A DNA stretch of 64,000 nt from Carpediemonas membranifera BICM (GCA_019828565.1 JAHDYR010000014.1:277521-341520); one strand, 5' to 3'; shown: positions 47,164 through 60,010, counted from the stretch's first letter. The notes: generated by a model not told the origin, from the letters alone. Translations and numbers: made by a program.

Positions 47164-50100
47164 CTGTGAGTGATTTGACCGCACCGGTGTTTATGCAGGC
47201 CAGGCCAGTTGCCAAGCGCTCTCAGGCCTGTGGTGCATTCTTCCCCAACCGACGACGCAGTCACTCGGCACAGCAAGTGTCTCTCTCAAGCAGCTTTTTG
47301 TCACTTCATCTGCCGGTCAGAGTCAGAGTGTTGACTTCCACGTGTGGATGTCGTCGAGCTCGCGGCGGATGGACTGCAGCGCGCTCTGGTGGTTGGCGAC
47401 GACAGTGGCCTGGTCGTTGGCGGTCTCCAAACCCTGCTGGTACTCGTCCTCCGTCGCCTTGACGCGGGCAGCGAACTGGTCGGCGGTCTCGACGGCGACC
47501 TTGCTGACAAGCGGAGCTTCATTGCGGAGAAGCGCTCGCAGGAGGTCCAGATCATGGCCAAGCACCGCAACAACGACGTCCGGCATGTCATGGCGACCCC
47601 CGCAGGTCTTCCGCGGCAGTTATGCGCTGCAACTGCTGCAAGAGCAAGCGCTGCTGCAGTTTTCTCGGCTGAAAGCGCTGAATCGCCACTCCCTGTCGCC
47701 ACCCTCGTGGGGGAGTCGGGCTGTGGCTGTATCACTCCAGTAGCCACCGCAGAGCCTCTGTTAAGGCGTCAGTAACGCTAAGTCTTGCTGTGGGCGTCTG
47801 TCTGACTCAAGTCAGCCTCGTAGAAGGTCGACCAGCCACAGGATAGGGCCATTCTGGTGAGTTCTGCCGTCTTATTCATGCACATTACGGCCATTCAATA
47901 CCTCATTTGACCCACGGTGCCGGTTTGGCGCTCTGCTGTCGCCCCATCCGCGGGCATCCCGGCTGGTCTGGCCTCCAAGCTCTCCAACCATCCAGGCCGA
48001 AATGAGACCTCTTATGCCCCTTTTAGCCCGTATAAACTCGTTTGGACAGGCTGTTGGCGCCCTGGTGGCCATGGCCGGCCGAGTCGATTTTCAGCAAATT
48101 GGGTCGCAGAGCTCGAGCGATGGTTTGAAGGTGAGGTCCACAGAATCACGTGAAAGCGAAGCAATGAGGCTAATATGGCTTTAATAATGCTGCTTTCTGG
48201 TTCAAGCGCTTGAAGACATCTCACTGTGCCACTTTCGGCGATGACACCGAGAACCCGCTATGCTCAGAAGTACTGCAAGCACAGCCCTCGTGATATGTCT
48301 TCTAGTATCACTATACGCTCTCTGTTAGCTTCTTCATCCATGTAGCTCTCCCCAAGGGTAGAAATTTGGCCCAGGAGTTCCATCCGGAGCACACCCCAGC
48401 CATGCCGCCCTGGAGTACCTCTCGGCACGCCATATGACAGTATGAGGATCATCTAACGCATAGCTACCTTTATAGGTGCTGTACCTCCCGCGGTGCCCCC
48501 CGTCCTCCGGTGCCGGCCCGCACTATGCCCCTGCACGGCCCCAGCCCCGGCACCAACTGCCGATCCCAGCTGTACTAAGCAACATCAAGGTCTGGGGCAA
48601 TTTTCGTGCTGTCTCCCCGTGACGGATTTTAATCACTACTTGTCTGGCGTCATGGCTAGTCGGAGAAAGCTGAGAGCAACTATAATCTTTTTGCCAGCGC
48701 AAACCTTTTTGGCAGACGGCGCTGGGTCCTTTTACGCCGTCTACGGGCTTGTCTCAGTCCCAATCGTCAGTACTGAGGTGGGAGACCACTCGGGAATACG
48801 GGATGTCGTAGACTTTTGCCTTTTGCGCCCGTTCATCGCCCACACTATGCGCCATCGTGTTCAGCGCCCTTCATTGCATACCTGTAGCCGTTCTCTCTGC
48901 CATTCTTTCATTCGTTCAGTCAGCCAGCCGTCAGTCAGCCCAACCCGCCCCCAGCCCGTCCGAACGCCGGGAGAGAGAGGAAGGAGAGGAGAGGAGAAGA
49001 GAGGGGGGAAAGAAAGAAAGACTAGCCCACCATCCCGGCATGTATACCGGGCCCCGCCCCCTGTAATATGTAAATCGAATACCAATTTGGGCAGAACTCG
49101 GGCTACAGGCCGAATTGGGTCCTAAAACTGCGGGAGCATGCTTATCTAACCGCGTAAAACACCCTGGCGCAGCGCGGGAGCTCAACTACCCCTCCTTCGT
49201 GAGATACGTCGATTCCAAGGTTGAGCCGACCAAATTCCCGAGTAGCGCAGCTGCGAGGGCGGAGCCCGGGGCAGTCGACGCGGGGGAGGGGAAGGACCAA
49301 GCGTGTGCAAGGGCAGGCCGGGAGGCCGGCCCTTTGGCACACAGCAAAATCGGTCTGGGTCGGTCAGACCCCATGTCATCCCAGACTCCATCACTCAAAA
49401 TGGTGCGTGCATGCATGCTTTAGAGCCCATTCCGAAGCTATATCGACCATCAATTTGGTTGGTGACATGTTCACCTGACTTTCGAAATCCTCCCGAGACT
49501 GCGGGTCCGAAGCTGAGCGATGCCGTCACCTCGACTACTACCATCGAATCGCTGTCGCTCTGCCATAATGCTTGTATAGCCCTCTAACATCTGGATCCGG
49601 GCCATTACCAGCGGGCGCACACTGGAAGTATGCGTTTGGAGTCGATCCGATCTTCGATCTCGGCGGACATCGAACATGACGAGTAGAGGTCGGAGAGGGC
49701 TGAAACTCACACCATTGCACTGTAAGAGAAGCTCATACAGGATGGCTGACCCATATTTATTTTTTAAACTCCCAACCTTAATTTCTGGAGTCGTCGAAAA
49801 TGACGACTCAGTTTGACTCAATACACCCTCAGCCTGCACCCACTGGCGTAACTACAGCTACTAGGCCTGGATAGAGTGCGATTGCCCCACTAACAGCTTT
49901 GAACTCAGTGTCAGCCGTGATCGCGGTGGCGACGCTGAGCACCGAGTTCGGCACCACTGAATTCGGATGACACCCAGCCAGAGACTGTAAGTGGGGCAAT
50001 AGCCTTAGATACGTCTAAAACTAGGATGGACGTGGGCTGGGTGCACACTGACACTCCAGCGGCTCTAGGCGAAAAGTGAATTTCGACCGACTCGACTTGA

Positions 50101-50948
50101 CTCCATCAGACCTCAGACCTCGGATCTGACCATAACGCCGCCATCTAGGGCCATATAGAGTGCATTTGCCCAGGAGCCAGGCCTGAACTCGATGGTCAGT
50201 TTCACCCGGTTCAGCGGCCCGGAGCCTTCGGACAGCCACTTTCGGAATTCAGTTGGGACGTCGTAGAGGGCTGAAAGTGGGGCAATAGACTTGGATTGGG
50301 CTAACACTGGGATGTTAGTGGACTGAGTGAATACTGACACTTGGGCGGGTCACTTTTGAGATGGTCGAAATCCGTGTTCCAGTCAAGACCTTTGAGGTGT
50401 GGGAGCGCGGGACACGCAGTGAATCCATGCTCTAGAGCCAGTATTAGGTAAGGTAAGAAGATATATATTAAGGTAGGGGGTGTTTTTTAGCCTGCGGGAT
50501 TTGCGGTCAGGCGCCTTCGGTGAACTCTGACACTACGCCCCTGTAGTGCTATCGTACCTTACTTCACGTAAGCACTTTTGTCTTTCAACTCCGACTCCTT
50601 CATATCAAAAAGTCCGCTAGAAATCACGATCGAAAATTTCCCAAAAATGCTTTTACGAACGAACCAGAGGACGTCAGATGTTCTAGTAAAAAGCATTGTG
50701 CACTAGACATGCCAGTGTTTATCGGCACCGGATGGATTTTTTATAAAAATTATTATTCGCGATTTTAGAACTTTTGCGCTCACCTCTCGGGATTTTTGGA
50801 ATAGCTGAGCTAAGCCACTATCATGTAAAATCGTAATAACTGTATAGCTACATATGCTACATGAGTGAGTCATCGATCGGGCTCTCAATCTCGAGATATG
50901 GAAAAAAATCTAAACGAAAGAATCTCCTCAGCGACCAGTACACCACGA

Positions 50949-51155
50949 GCGGAGTCCGCGGGGGTCGCAGGGGGCAGAGAGAGTGACGGAGGCGTAGAGA
51001 GGTGTAGCGTAGCGGAGGGCGGGAGGAGCGTAGCGACGAGCGCCCGGAGCGAAGCGAAGCCGAACGAAGCCGGAGGAACGAACGGAGCCCCCCCGTCTTC
51101 AATTCCGGGGGGTGCAGGGGGGCAGAGGGAGGCGCAGCCGACCGTAGCCCCCGCT
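50949..51155 (+). repeat. About 200-bp GC-rich block with GCGNAGC mini-hairpin motifs, shared by all long array units
   Basis: Near-identical to about 53991-54196 and to the equivalent block in four further units. Confidence 0.85.
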
Positions 51156-51215
51156 ATGACAGGTCTGTGTGTGTCCCGCTTTTCGGAGATCTCCGAAAGT
51201 GAATTCGGGTCAACT

Positions 51216-51476
51216 CAGTACGAGTCGAGGAGCAGTACCCAGAGACTGCCACTATACATGCAGGCACTGTACGGCCTCTAGCCGTGATGTATGCAGAATC
51301 AGTGCGATCGGGCGCGGGCCTCGATTTCCCGATTTTCATGAGCCTCATGAAATTTCGACGGCCCAGTACGAGCCGAGGAGCAGTAGCCAGAGACTGCCAC
51401 TGTACATGCAGACACTGTACGGCCTCTAGCCGTGATGTATGCAGAATCGGGGCGATCAGACGCGGGCCTCGATTTT
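51216..51476. repeat. Two-copy direct repeat (about 112 bp, period 148)
   Basis: cagtacgag...gtatgcagaatc...gcgggcctcgattt at 51216 and 51364. Preceded by the 18-bp palindrome tttcggagatctccgaaa (51181-51198). Confidence 0.85.
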
Positions 51477-51674
51477 CGCCCCCATCGAACAGTCCGATGG
51501 ATACGACGACTTGGAGGTCACCAGGGTCTGAAACTGACTGGATAGTTGCTCATGGTGGCTCCATACAGGTTGAGGGTCATTTCATTTTTTCGAAAATGAG
51601 TTCATCTTATTTTCGATTCGGAGCAAATCGACTCTGACTCGGGTCAGAGTCATTTTTTCACGACCGAACGAATA

Positions 51675-52988
51675 ATGAGAGATACTGGTCTTTCATCGAC
51701 GAAAACGTGTAGAAATAACGTACGTTCAAAGACATTTACACTTATGTAGTTTGATTTCCATTCGGGCATCCGCAACCCCGTCATCGATGATGATGAAACT
51801 TCAACTTCGGCTACGAGCCTCGACGACCACCTCATCGACGAGCTCAAGGTTCCCCCTCGACCGCCACGACCACCTGATCCTGATAGCAGCGATTTCTCCG
51901 CCAGTTCGATCGACGATGACCTTGTCGACGGATTGAAGGGCCCAGCTGTCCCGACTCACGACCACGGCGACGATGTCTGGATGGACGATATCGACAGCGA
52001 TGATAACGACGTTGGCGAAGATTTAGTTGACTTCATCGATGACGGCGCTGACGGCGACGACGGTGACCGCACTCAGTATCGTGTCCGCGGTGTTGAAGAT
52101 GACACCCCATACGACCAACATCAGCACATCGAAATGTCACAGGAGCATGACAGCGACACTGAGATTGACAGCGACGCCGAGCTGTACGACCAACCAATAG
52201 AGGCCGGCCTGACCAACGGCTTCGAAAGTCTCGCAGACGCTCCACCTATAGTCTTACCGGACACAGCCACTGTTCGGAGGATGTGTCCCATCTGTGGCGC
52301 TACATCGTTCAAGGGCAACCGCCTCTGCCCGTGCCCAAAGAACGTGAGAAAGCGCGACCGGCCATCGAAACGAGAAGAGTTTCAGCGTACGCTCACTGCT
52401 TCGATCGATTCCCTCCCTGCTTCTGTGCAGGATCAGCTCTTCGTTCTCTCTCACGTACAGTTCCGCCTGGTGAATCACTCGCTCGCCCTCGCTACTGTCA
52501 TGACTCACGTTAGCGAGAGGTACGCCTACCTGGTCACATTCAAGGGCATGATCACCGCATTCGGCAAGACCTTGAAGAGCTCTGGCAAGCTCCGTGGGGA
52601 CCCGATTCCGACTGTTCCGAACGAGCTGACGTCTGCTCTTCGTGACATCTTCTCTTCCGATGCTAACTACGCATCGATGCGCGCCTTGCTAGACGAGTGC
52701 GAGAAGCGAGAAGCCGACCCCGGCGCCACGCAGGTGGTTTTCTCATTCAACCGTAGCAGGATGACCGTGGCTGACGTCACTGTCGCGTTCATTCCGAACC
52801 CCACGCTCGCTGGTCTAACACCCGGACAGTTCGGCCTCCCATCCGCCGATGACAATAGTAGGCCGTTTGTCAACTTCGACTCTCCGAAGGCCGCGTTCTA
52901 TATGTTCCCCCTTCTTTTCCCCGACACTATTGGATTCACCAGCGACTACCGGGCATTCATGGGATCTCGCAGCTCCCTCAAAAGGTAA
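51675..52988 (+). pseudogene. 3'-truncated Helitron RepHel-like N-terminus; exons 51675-51719 and 51750-52988
   Basis: Acidic N-terminus, then CPICGA..CPC, QFRLVNHSLALA (cf. IRxYNxxFAF) and YMFPLLFPDTIG (cf. YPLLFPxGxxG). 30-nt GT-AG intron in frame. The stop codon comes from the aaggtaag junction. Confidence 0.65.
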
Positions 52989-53185
52989 GTTATAGTAAGG
53001 TTTCACTTGATTTGGGGGTGCCCGTGTAGAGGGAGTTTCGGCCTCTCGGCCGAAGGCGAGTGCACGCGCGTGTAGCCTACCCCAGTGACCCTTCGAGCAC
53101 CCCATGAAATCTGGGACAATCGCCCAGCAACCATCTAAATTTTTGGCCTCAAAATGGGGTTCTCAAAAATTGTTCGCCGAGTTGG
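52982..53185 (+). repeat. Short diverged TAAGG-led unit (about 204 bp)
   Basis: Starts aaggtaagttatagtaagg. Shares gcgtgtagcctacccca and tgaaatctgggacaa with the main unit. Confidence 0.75.
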
Positions 53186-54924
53186 AAGGTAAGGTAAGTT
53201 ATGGTAAGGTATTGCGGATTTTGGGGGGTCCCGGTACGGGACCCCTGGGCCCCTGCCAGGGAAGGCGACACATGCAGCGTGTAGCCTACCCCAGGGGTCC
53301 TTCGAACATGCATTGAAATCTGGGACAACGCAAATATTTTATACTAAATTTTCCCGCTCAAAAACGGGACCTCAAAATTGGACTTTGAGGTCAGAGCACA
53401 TGCTTACAGACGGCGTTCAGGGCTGCGGATTGCTTCTCTGGATAGCTGTGCGTGTCAGCTCGGAGGCGCCGCCCTAAGCTCTATTCAACTCCGTCGTCTT
53501 TACATTGAATTATGCATAAATAGTTATAGGACAAAAGTCGCGATCGCTAACTTCTTGTGCAGTACAGCACGAGGCCTGAGGCTTCCGGGCTGCTGGATTT
53601 GGAATTTTTGAAAGTCTCTCGCAGTGTGATTGAGTCACGATATCCATCCGAATCTGGCGAACCGCGTTCAAAGACCGGTTTTACTGGCCTCAAGGATTGA
53701 TGCTGGAGCTAAACAGAGTATACTGCTGTATCATGTTGCGTACGTGTAGGAACGTTATTTTCCCCGATTTTTGATTTAGGCCCTCAACAAATTTTTATAG
53801 AGCCTTTTTGTGTCCATGGTGAGTGAATACGTCTAGAGTGACGCGTATGGAATGGAAGAGAACACGGGTGCGCACTACAATACATAATTACATGCTCTGA
53901 GGAGGATGGGGGTATTTATTTTTTCATATGTAAATCACAGCCCGAGATTCAAAAATTTGTGGGGTGATCTGACGTAGTTACAGGCCATGGGCGGAGTCCG
54001 CGGGGGGTCGCAGGGGGGCAGAGAGAGTGACGGAGGCTTAGAGAGGTGTAGCGTAGCGGAGGGCGGGAGGAGCGTAGCGACGAGCGCCCGGAGCGGAGCG
54101 AAGCCGAACGAAGCCGGAGGAACGAACGGAGCCCCCCCGTCTTCAATTCCGGGGGGTGCAGGGGGGCAGAGGGAGGCGCAGCCGACCGTAGCCCCTGCCT
54201 CTACCCATTCTACGTTCGTTAATCATTTACATGTGGCCACTGCCACTTCGATACTAATAGTTCTTACGATTGAAGCAAGTCCGTCCTTCCTTCTTCGGTG
54301 TGATGCACCCCTTCGGCTTCTTGGGATGTTCGTCGTCGTCCTCGCTGTCCGAGTAGATGATGAACTTGGTAGAGCGAGGGCGGCCGAGCTTGCGGGCAGG
54401 TGCGGGGGCTGACTCTCTCAGGGGAGATGGTGCGGCCCTAGTCGAGCGCTTGGGGAGGATACGGCGCGGTGGTGTAGTCCGCAAACGCTTTGGGGGCACG
54501 TATCCTTGCGAGGACGGCGAGGCAGAGGGCGAGCTGATCGATATGCTCTCGATGTCGTGCACAAGAGGAGACGCGGGCTGAGGGGCGGGCACTGGCTTGG
54601 CCTGGGGTGGACATCTCATGGCTATGCGTTGGTGGGGTGCAGGGGGGCGCTGCGGCTGCTGTACCGTCCCAGGTCATGCACAAGGCACTCCAGCGCGCCA
54701 AGGTGCTGTCCAAGAACCCGGACCGCTATTGGGCGGTCGTGGATGCGCTGTTTGCGCTCGGCGCCAGTGGCTCAGTCCTGAACGGCTTAGCGTTCGTCAT
54801 GTCCAAACAACTTGAATAAATCTGACTGCCATGTGTTCTTTAGGGCTAGCCAAGCTAATCTGGGCAGTTGCAAGGCATGACGACCAATATTGACTGAGAT
54901 ATGGCCGAGGTCCAAAAAAGGATG

Positions 54925-54993
54925 TGCCAGGAGGGATTCGAACCTACCACCTCTTGTATTCACCAACATCTGCTATACCATCTACACCATGGC
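54925..54993 (-). tRNA. Degenerate tRNA-like gene (His-like, GTG)
   Basis: GCCATGG...CCTGGCA ends, A-box-like TGTAGATGG, B-box GGTTCGAATCC and a downstream T6 terminator. Stems are imperfect. Confidence 0.45.
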
Positions 54994-55068
54994 TCAAACC
55001 TGACGCGTTACAACAGACTTGACTTCCAGATATGTGACAATTGACGCATCATGATCTGGCCAGGCGGA

Positions 55069-55761
55069 GATGGGGCGGAGATGGAGCATAGGGGACTTCA
55101 CCAGCGTGTTCAGCGCCCCGAACTACCCCCGGGCAGTCCACGACTTGAGGTCAAAAGATTGAGTAAAGATATGCTTTGACGACCTCGTCAATACGTGACA
55201 TTGGAGGGCTGGGACTTCGCACCCATGTATGCGTGCGGGCCTATAGACAGCTGTAGAGCGCACATGTCGCGATTCAGCCTTCATCTGGGTGTGGTCTACT
55301 CGTTGTCCGCTCGCCTTGCGTGATTGAAGCTGAGCGACGTGGCTGGATCAACTTGACCATGGTTTCAGCGAGATGAAGAGTGAAATGTGCTCTATGGGGC
55401 CTAGAACGTGTCTAGCCGGGGGTGGTTGTGAACGCTGAGGTCTGCAACTCTGGGTTTGAGTCGCGGAATTCGATCCCCGGGATTTGGCGGTGATGGGGCG
55501 GAGATGGAGCATAGGGGACTTCACCAGCGTGTTCAGCGCCCCGAACTACCCCCGGGCAGTCCACGACTTGAGGTCAAAAGATTGCGTAAAGATATGCTTT
55601 GACGACCTCGTCAATACGTGACATTGGAGGGCTGGGACTTCGCACCCATGTATGCGTGCGGGCCTATAGACAGCTGTAGAGCGCACATGTCGCGATTCAG
55701 CCTTCATCTGGGTGTGGTCTACTCGTTGTCCGCTCGCCTTGCGTGATTGAAGCTGAGCGAC
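55069..55761. repeat. 270-bp direct repeat (period 423) inside the first array unit
   Basis: 55069-55338 is near-identical to 55492-55761. Confidence 0.9.
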
Positions 55762-58700
55762 TGTAAGTTATGGTAAGGTATTGCGGATTTTGGGGGGTCC
55801 CGGTACGGGACCCTGGGCCCTGCCAGGGAAGGCGACACATGCAGCGTGTAGCCTACCCCAGGGGTCCTTCGAACATGCATTGAAATCTGGGACAACGCAA
55901 ATATTTTATACTAAATTTTCCCGCTCAAAAACGGGACCTCAAAATTGGACTTTGAGGTCAGAGCACATGCTTACAGACGGCGTTCAGGGCTGCGGATTGC
56001 TTCTCTGGATAGCTGTGCGTGTCAGCTCGGAGGCGCCGCCCTAAGCTCTATTCAACTCCGTCGTCTTTACATTGAATTATGCATAAATAGTTATAGGACA
56101 AAAGTCGCGATCGCTAACTTCTTGTGCAGTACAGCACGAGGCCTGAGGCTTCCGGGCTGCTGGATTTGGAATTTTTGAAAGTCTCTCGCAGTGTGATTGA
56201 GTCACGATATCCATCCGAATCTGGCGAACCGCGTTCAAAGACCGGTTTTACTGGCCTCAAGGATTGATGCTGGAGCTAAACAGAGTATACTGCTGTATCA
56301 TGTTGCGTACGTGTAGGAACGTTATTTTCCCCGATTTTTGATTTAGGCCCTCAACAAATTTTTATAGAGCCTTTTTGTGTCCATGGTGAGTGAATACGTC
56401 TAGAGTGACGCGTATGGAATGGAAGAGAACACGGGTGCGCACTACAATACATAATTACATGCTCTGAGGAGGATGGGGGTATTTATTTTTTCATATGTAA
56501 ATCACAGCCCGAGATTCAAAAATTTGTGGGGTGATCTGACGTAGTTACAGGCCATGGGCGGAGTCCGCGGGGGGTCGCAGGGGGCAGAGAGAGTGACGGA
56601 GGCTTAGAGAGGTGTAGCGTAGCGGAGGGCGGGAGGAGCGTAGCGACGAGCGCCCGGAGCGGAGCGAAGCCGAACGAAGCCGGAGGAATGAACGAGCCCC
56701 CGTCTTCAATTCCGGGGGGTGCAGGGGGGCAGAGGGAGGCGCAGCCGACCGTAGCCCCTGCCTACCCATTCTACGTTCGTTAATCATTTACATGTGGCCA
56801 CTGCCACTTCGATACTAATAGTTCTTACGATTGAAGCAAGTCCGTCCTTCCTTCTTCGGTGTGATGCACCCCTTCGGCTTCTTGGGATGTTCGTCGTCGT
56901 CCTCGCTGTCCGAGTAGATGATGAACTTGGTAGAGCGAGGGCGGCCGAGCTTGCGGGCAGGTGCGGGGGCTGACTCTCTCAGGGGAGATGGTGCGGCCCT
57001 AGTCGAGCGCTTGGGGAGGATACGGCGCGGTGGTGTAGTCCGCAAACGCTTTGGGGGCACGTATCCTTGCGAGGACGGCGAGGCAGAGGGCGAGCTGATC
57101 GATATGCTCTCGATGTCGTGCACAAGAGGAGACGCGGGCTGAGGGGCGGGCACTGGCTTGGCCTGGGGTGGACATCTCATGGCTATGCGTTGGTGGGGTG
57201 CAGGGGGGCGCTGCGGCTGCTGTACCGTCCCAGGTCATGCACAAGGCACTCCAGCGCGCCAAGGTGCTGTCCAAGAACCCGGACCGCTATTGGGCGGTCG
57301 TGGATGCGCTGTTTGCGCTCGGCGCCAGTGGCTCAGTCCTGAACGGCTTAGCGTTCGTCATGTCCAAACAACTTGAATAAATCTGACTGCCATGTGTTCT
57401 TTAGGGCTAGTCAAGCTAATCTGGGCAGTTGCAAGGCATGACGACCAATATTGACTGAGATATGGCCGAGGTCCAAAAAAGGATGTGCCAGGAGGGATTC
57501 GAACCTAAGTTATGGTAAGGTATTGCGGATTTTGGGGGGTCCCGGTACGGGACCCCTGGGCCCCTGCCAGGGAAGGCGACACATGCAGCGTGTAGCCTAC
57601 CCCAGGGGTCCTTCGAACATGCATTGAAATCTGGGACAACGCAAATATTTTATACTAAATTTTCCCGCTCAAAAACGGGACCTCAAAATTGGACTTTGAG
57701 GTCAGAGCACATGCTTACAGACGGCGTTCAGGGCTGCGGATTGCTTCTCTGGATAGCTGTGCGTGTCAGCTCGGAGGCGCCGCCCTAAGCTCTATTCAAC
57801 TCCGTCGTCTTTACATTGAATTATGCATAAATAGTTATAGGACAAAAGTCGCGATCGCTAACTTCTTGTGCAGTACAGCACGAGGCCTGAGGCTTCCGGG
57901 CTGCTGGATTTGGAATTTTTGAAAGTCTCTCGCAGTGTGATTGAGTCACGATATCCATCCGAATCTGGCGAACCGCGTTCAAAGACCGGTTTTACTGGCC
58001 TCAAGGATTGATGCTGGAGCTAAACAGAGTATACTGCTGTATCATGTTGCGTACGTGTAGGAACGTTATTTTCCCCGATTTTTGATTTAGGCCCTCAACA
58101 AATTTTTATAGAGCCTTTTTGTGTCCATGGTGAGTGAATACGTCTAGAGTGACGCGTATGGAATGGAAGAGAACACGGGTGCGCACTACAATACATAATT
58201 ACATGCTCTGAGGAGGATGGGGGTATTTATTTTTTCATATGTAAATCACAGCCCGAGATTCAAAAATTTGTGGGGTGATCTGACGGAGTTACAGGCCATG
58301 GGCGGAGTCCGCGGGGGGTCGCAGGGGGGCAGAGAGAGTGACGGAGGCGTAGAGAGGCGTAGCGTAGCGGAGGGCGGGAGGAGCAACGCGACGAGCGCCC
58401 GGAGCGGAGCGAAGCCGAACGAAGCCGGAGGAACGAACGGAGCCCCCCCGTCTTCAATTCCGGGGGGTGCAGGGGGGCAGAGGGAGGCGCAGCCGACCGT
58501 AGCCCCCGCTCTACCCATTCTACGTTCGTTAATCATTTACATGTGGCCACTGCCACTTCGATACTAATAGTTCTTACGATTGAAGCAAGTCCGTCCTTCC
58601 TTCTTCGGTGTGATGCACCCCTTCGGCTTCTTGGGATGTTCGTCGTCGTCCTCGCTGTCCGAGTAGATGATGAACTTGGTAGAGCGAGGGCGGCCGAGCT

Positions 58701-60010
58701 TGCGGGCAGGTGCGGGGGCTGACTCTCTCAGGGGAGATGGTGCGGCCCTAGTCGAGCGCTTGGGGAGGATACGGCGCGGTGGTGTAGTCCGCAAACGCTT
58801 TGGGGGCACGTATCCTTGCGAGGACGGCGAGGCAGAGGGCGAGCTGATCGATATGCTCTCGATGTCGTGCACAATAGGAGACGCGGGCTGAGGGGCGGGC
58901 ACTGGCTTGGCCTGGGGTGGACATCTCATGGCTATGCGTTGGTGGGGTGCAGGGGGTAAGTTATGGTAAGGTATTGCGGATTTTGGGGGGTCCCGGTACG
59001 GGACCCCTGGGCCCCTGCCAGGGAAGGCGACACATGCAGCGTGTAGCCTACCCCAGGGGTCCTTCGAACATGCATTGAAATCTGGGACAACGCAAATATT
59101 TTATACTAAATTTTCACGCTCAAAAACGGGACCTCAAAATTGGACTTTGAGGTCAGAGCACATGCTTACAGACGGCGTTCAGGGCTGCGGATTGCTTCTC
59201 TGGATAGCTGTGCGTGTCAGCTCGGAGGCGCCGCCCTAAGCTCCATTCAAATCCGTCGTCTTTACATTGAATTATGCATAAATAGTTATAGGACAAAAGT
59301 CGCGATCGCTAACTTCTTGTGCAGTACAGCACGAGGCCTGAGGCTTCAGGGCTGCGGGATTTGGAATTTTTGAAAGTCTCTCGCAGTGTGATTGAGTCAC
59401 GATATCCATCCGAATCTGGAGAATTGGAAAACTGGTACCGGCGGCGTGACCTTAAGTTTTGATGCTAGAGTAAATCTGATGCTACATATATACGCTACGG
59501 TGAAATAGAAAAGGCCCTACGAAGAGTTTTTTTCGATTTAGGCCCTCAACAAATTTTTATAGAGCCTTTTTGTGTCCATGGTGAGTGAATACGTCTAGAG
59601 TGACGCGTATGGAATGGAAGAGAACACGGGTGCGCACTAAAATACATAATTACATGCTCTGAGGAGGATGGGGGTATTTATTTTTTCATATGTAAATCAC
59701 AGCCCGAGATTCAAAAATTTGTGGGGTGATCTGACGGAGTTACAGGCCATGGGCGGAGTCCGCGGGGGGTCGCAGGGGGGCAGAGAGAGTGACGGAGGCG
59801 TAGAGAGGCGTAGCGTAGCGGAGGGCGGGAGGAGCGTAGCGACGAGCGCCCGAGCGGAGCGAAGCCGAACGAAGCCGGAGGAATGACGGAGCCCCCGTCT
59901 TCAATTCCGGGGGGTGCAGGGGGGCAGAGGGAGGCGCAGCCGACCGTAGCCCCCGCTCTACCCATTCTACGTTCGTTAATCATTTACATGTGGCCACTGC
60001 CACTTCGATA

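Larger units (their letters stand above)
50444..52981 (+). mobile_element. TAAGG-led unit, family X (Helitron-like gene), truncated on the right
   Basis: Begins ttaggtaaggtaag, shares the 200-bp GC block with the downstream array, and contains a Helitron-like ORF cut by the next TAAGG-led unit. Confidence 0.55.

Noticed and set aside
47301-47775. Short coiled-coil ORFs
   Set aside because: Overlapping frames on both strands and no motif. A small gene or pseudogene is possible but cannot be supported.
53378-53611. Repeated 77-aa ORF MDFEVRAHAY...
   Set aside because: TTG start and no recognisable motif. Its recurrence only reflects near-identical DNA repeats.
53186-54250. Hammerhead ribozyme as in Penelope/Terminon ends
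   Set aside because: I could not find a convincing CTGANGA...GAAA core with flanking stems on either strand by eye. An Infernal search is needed.
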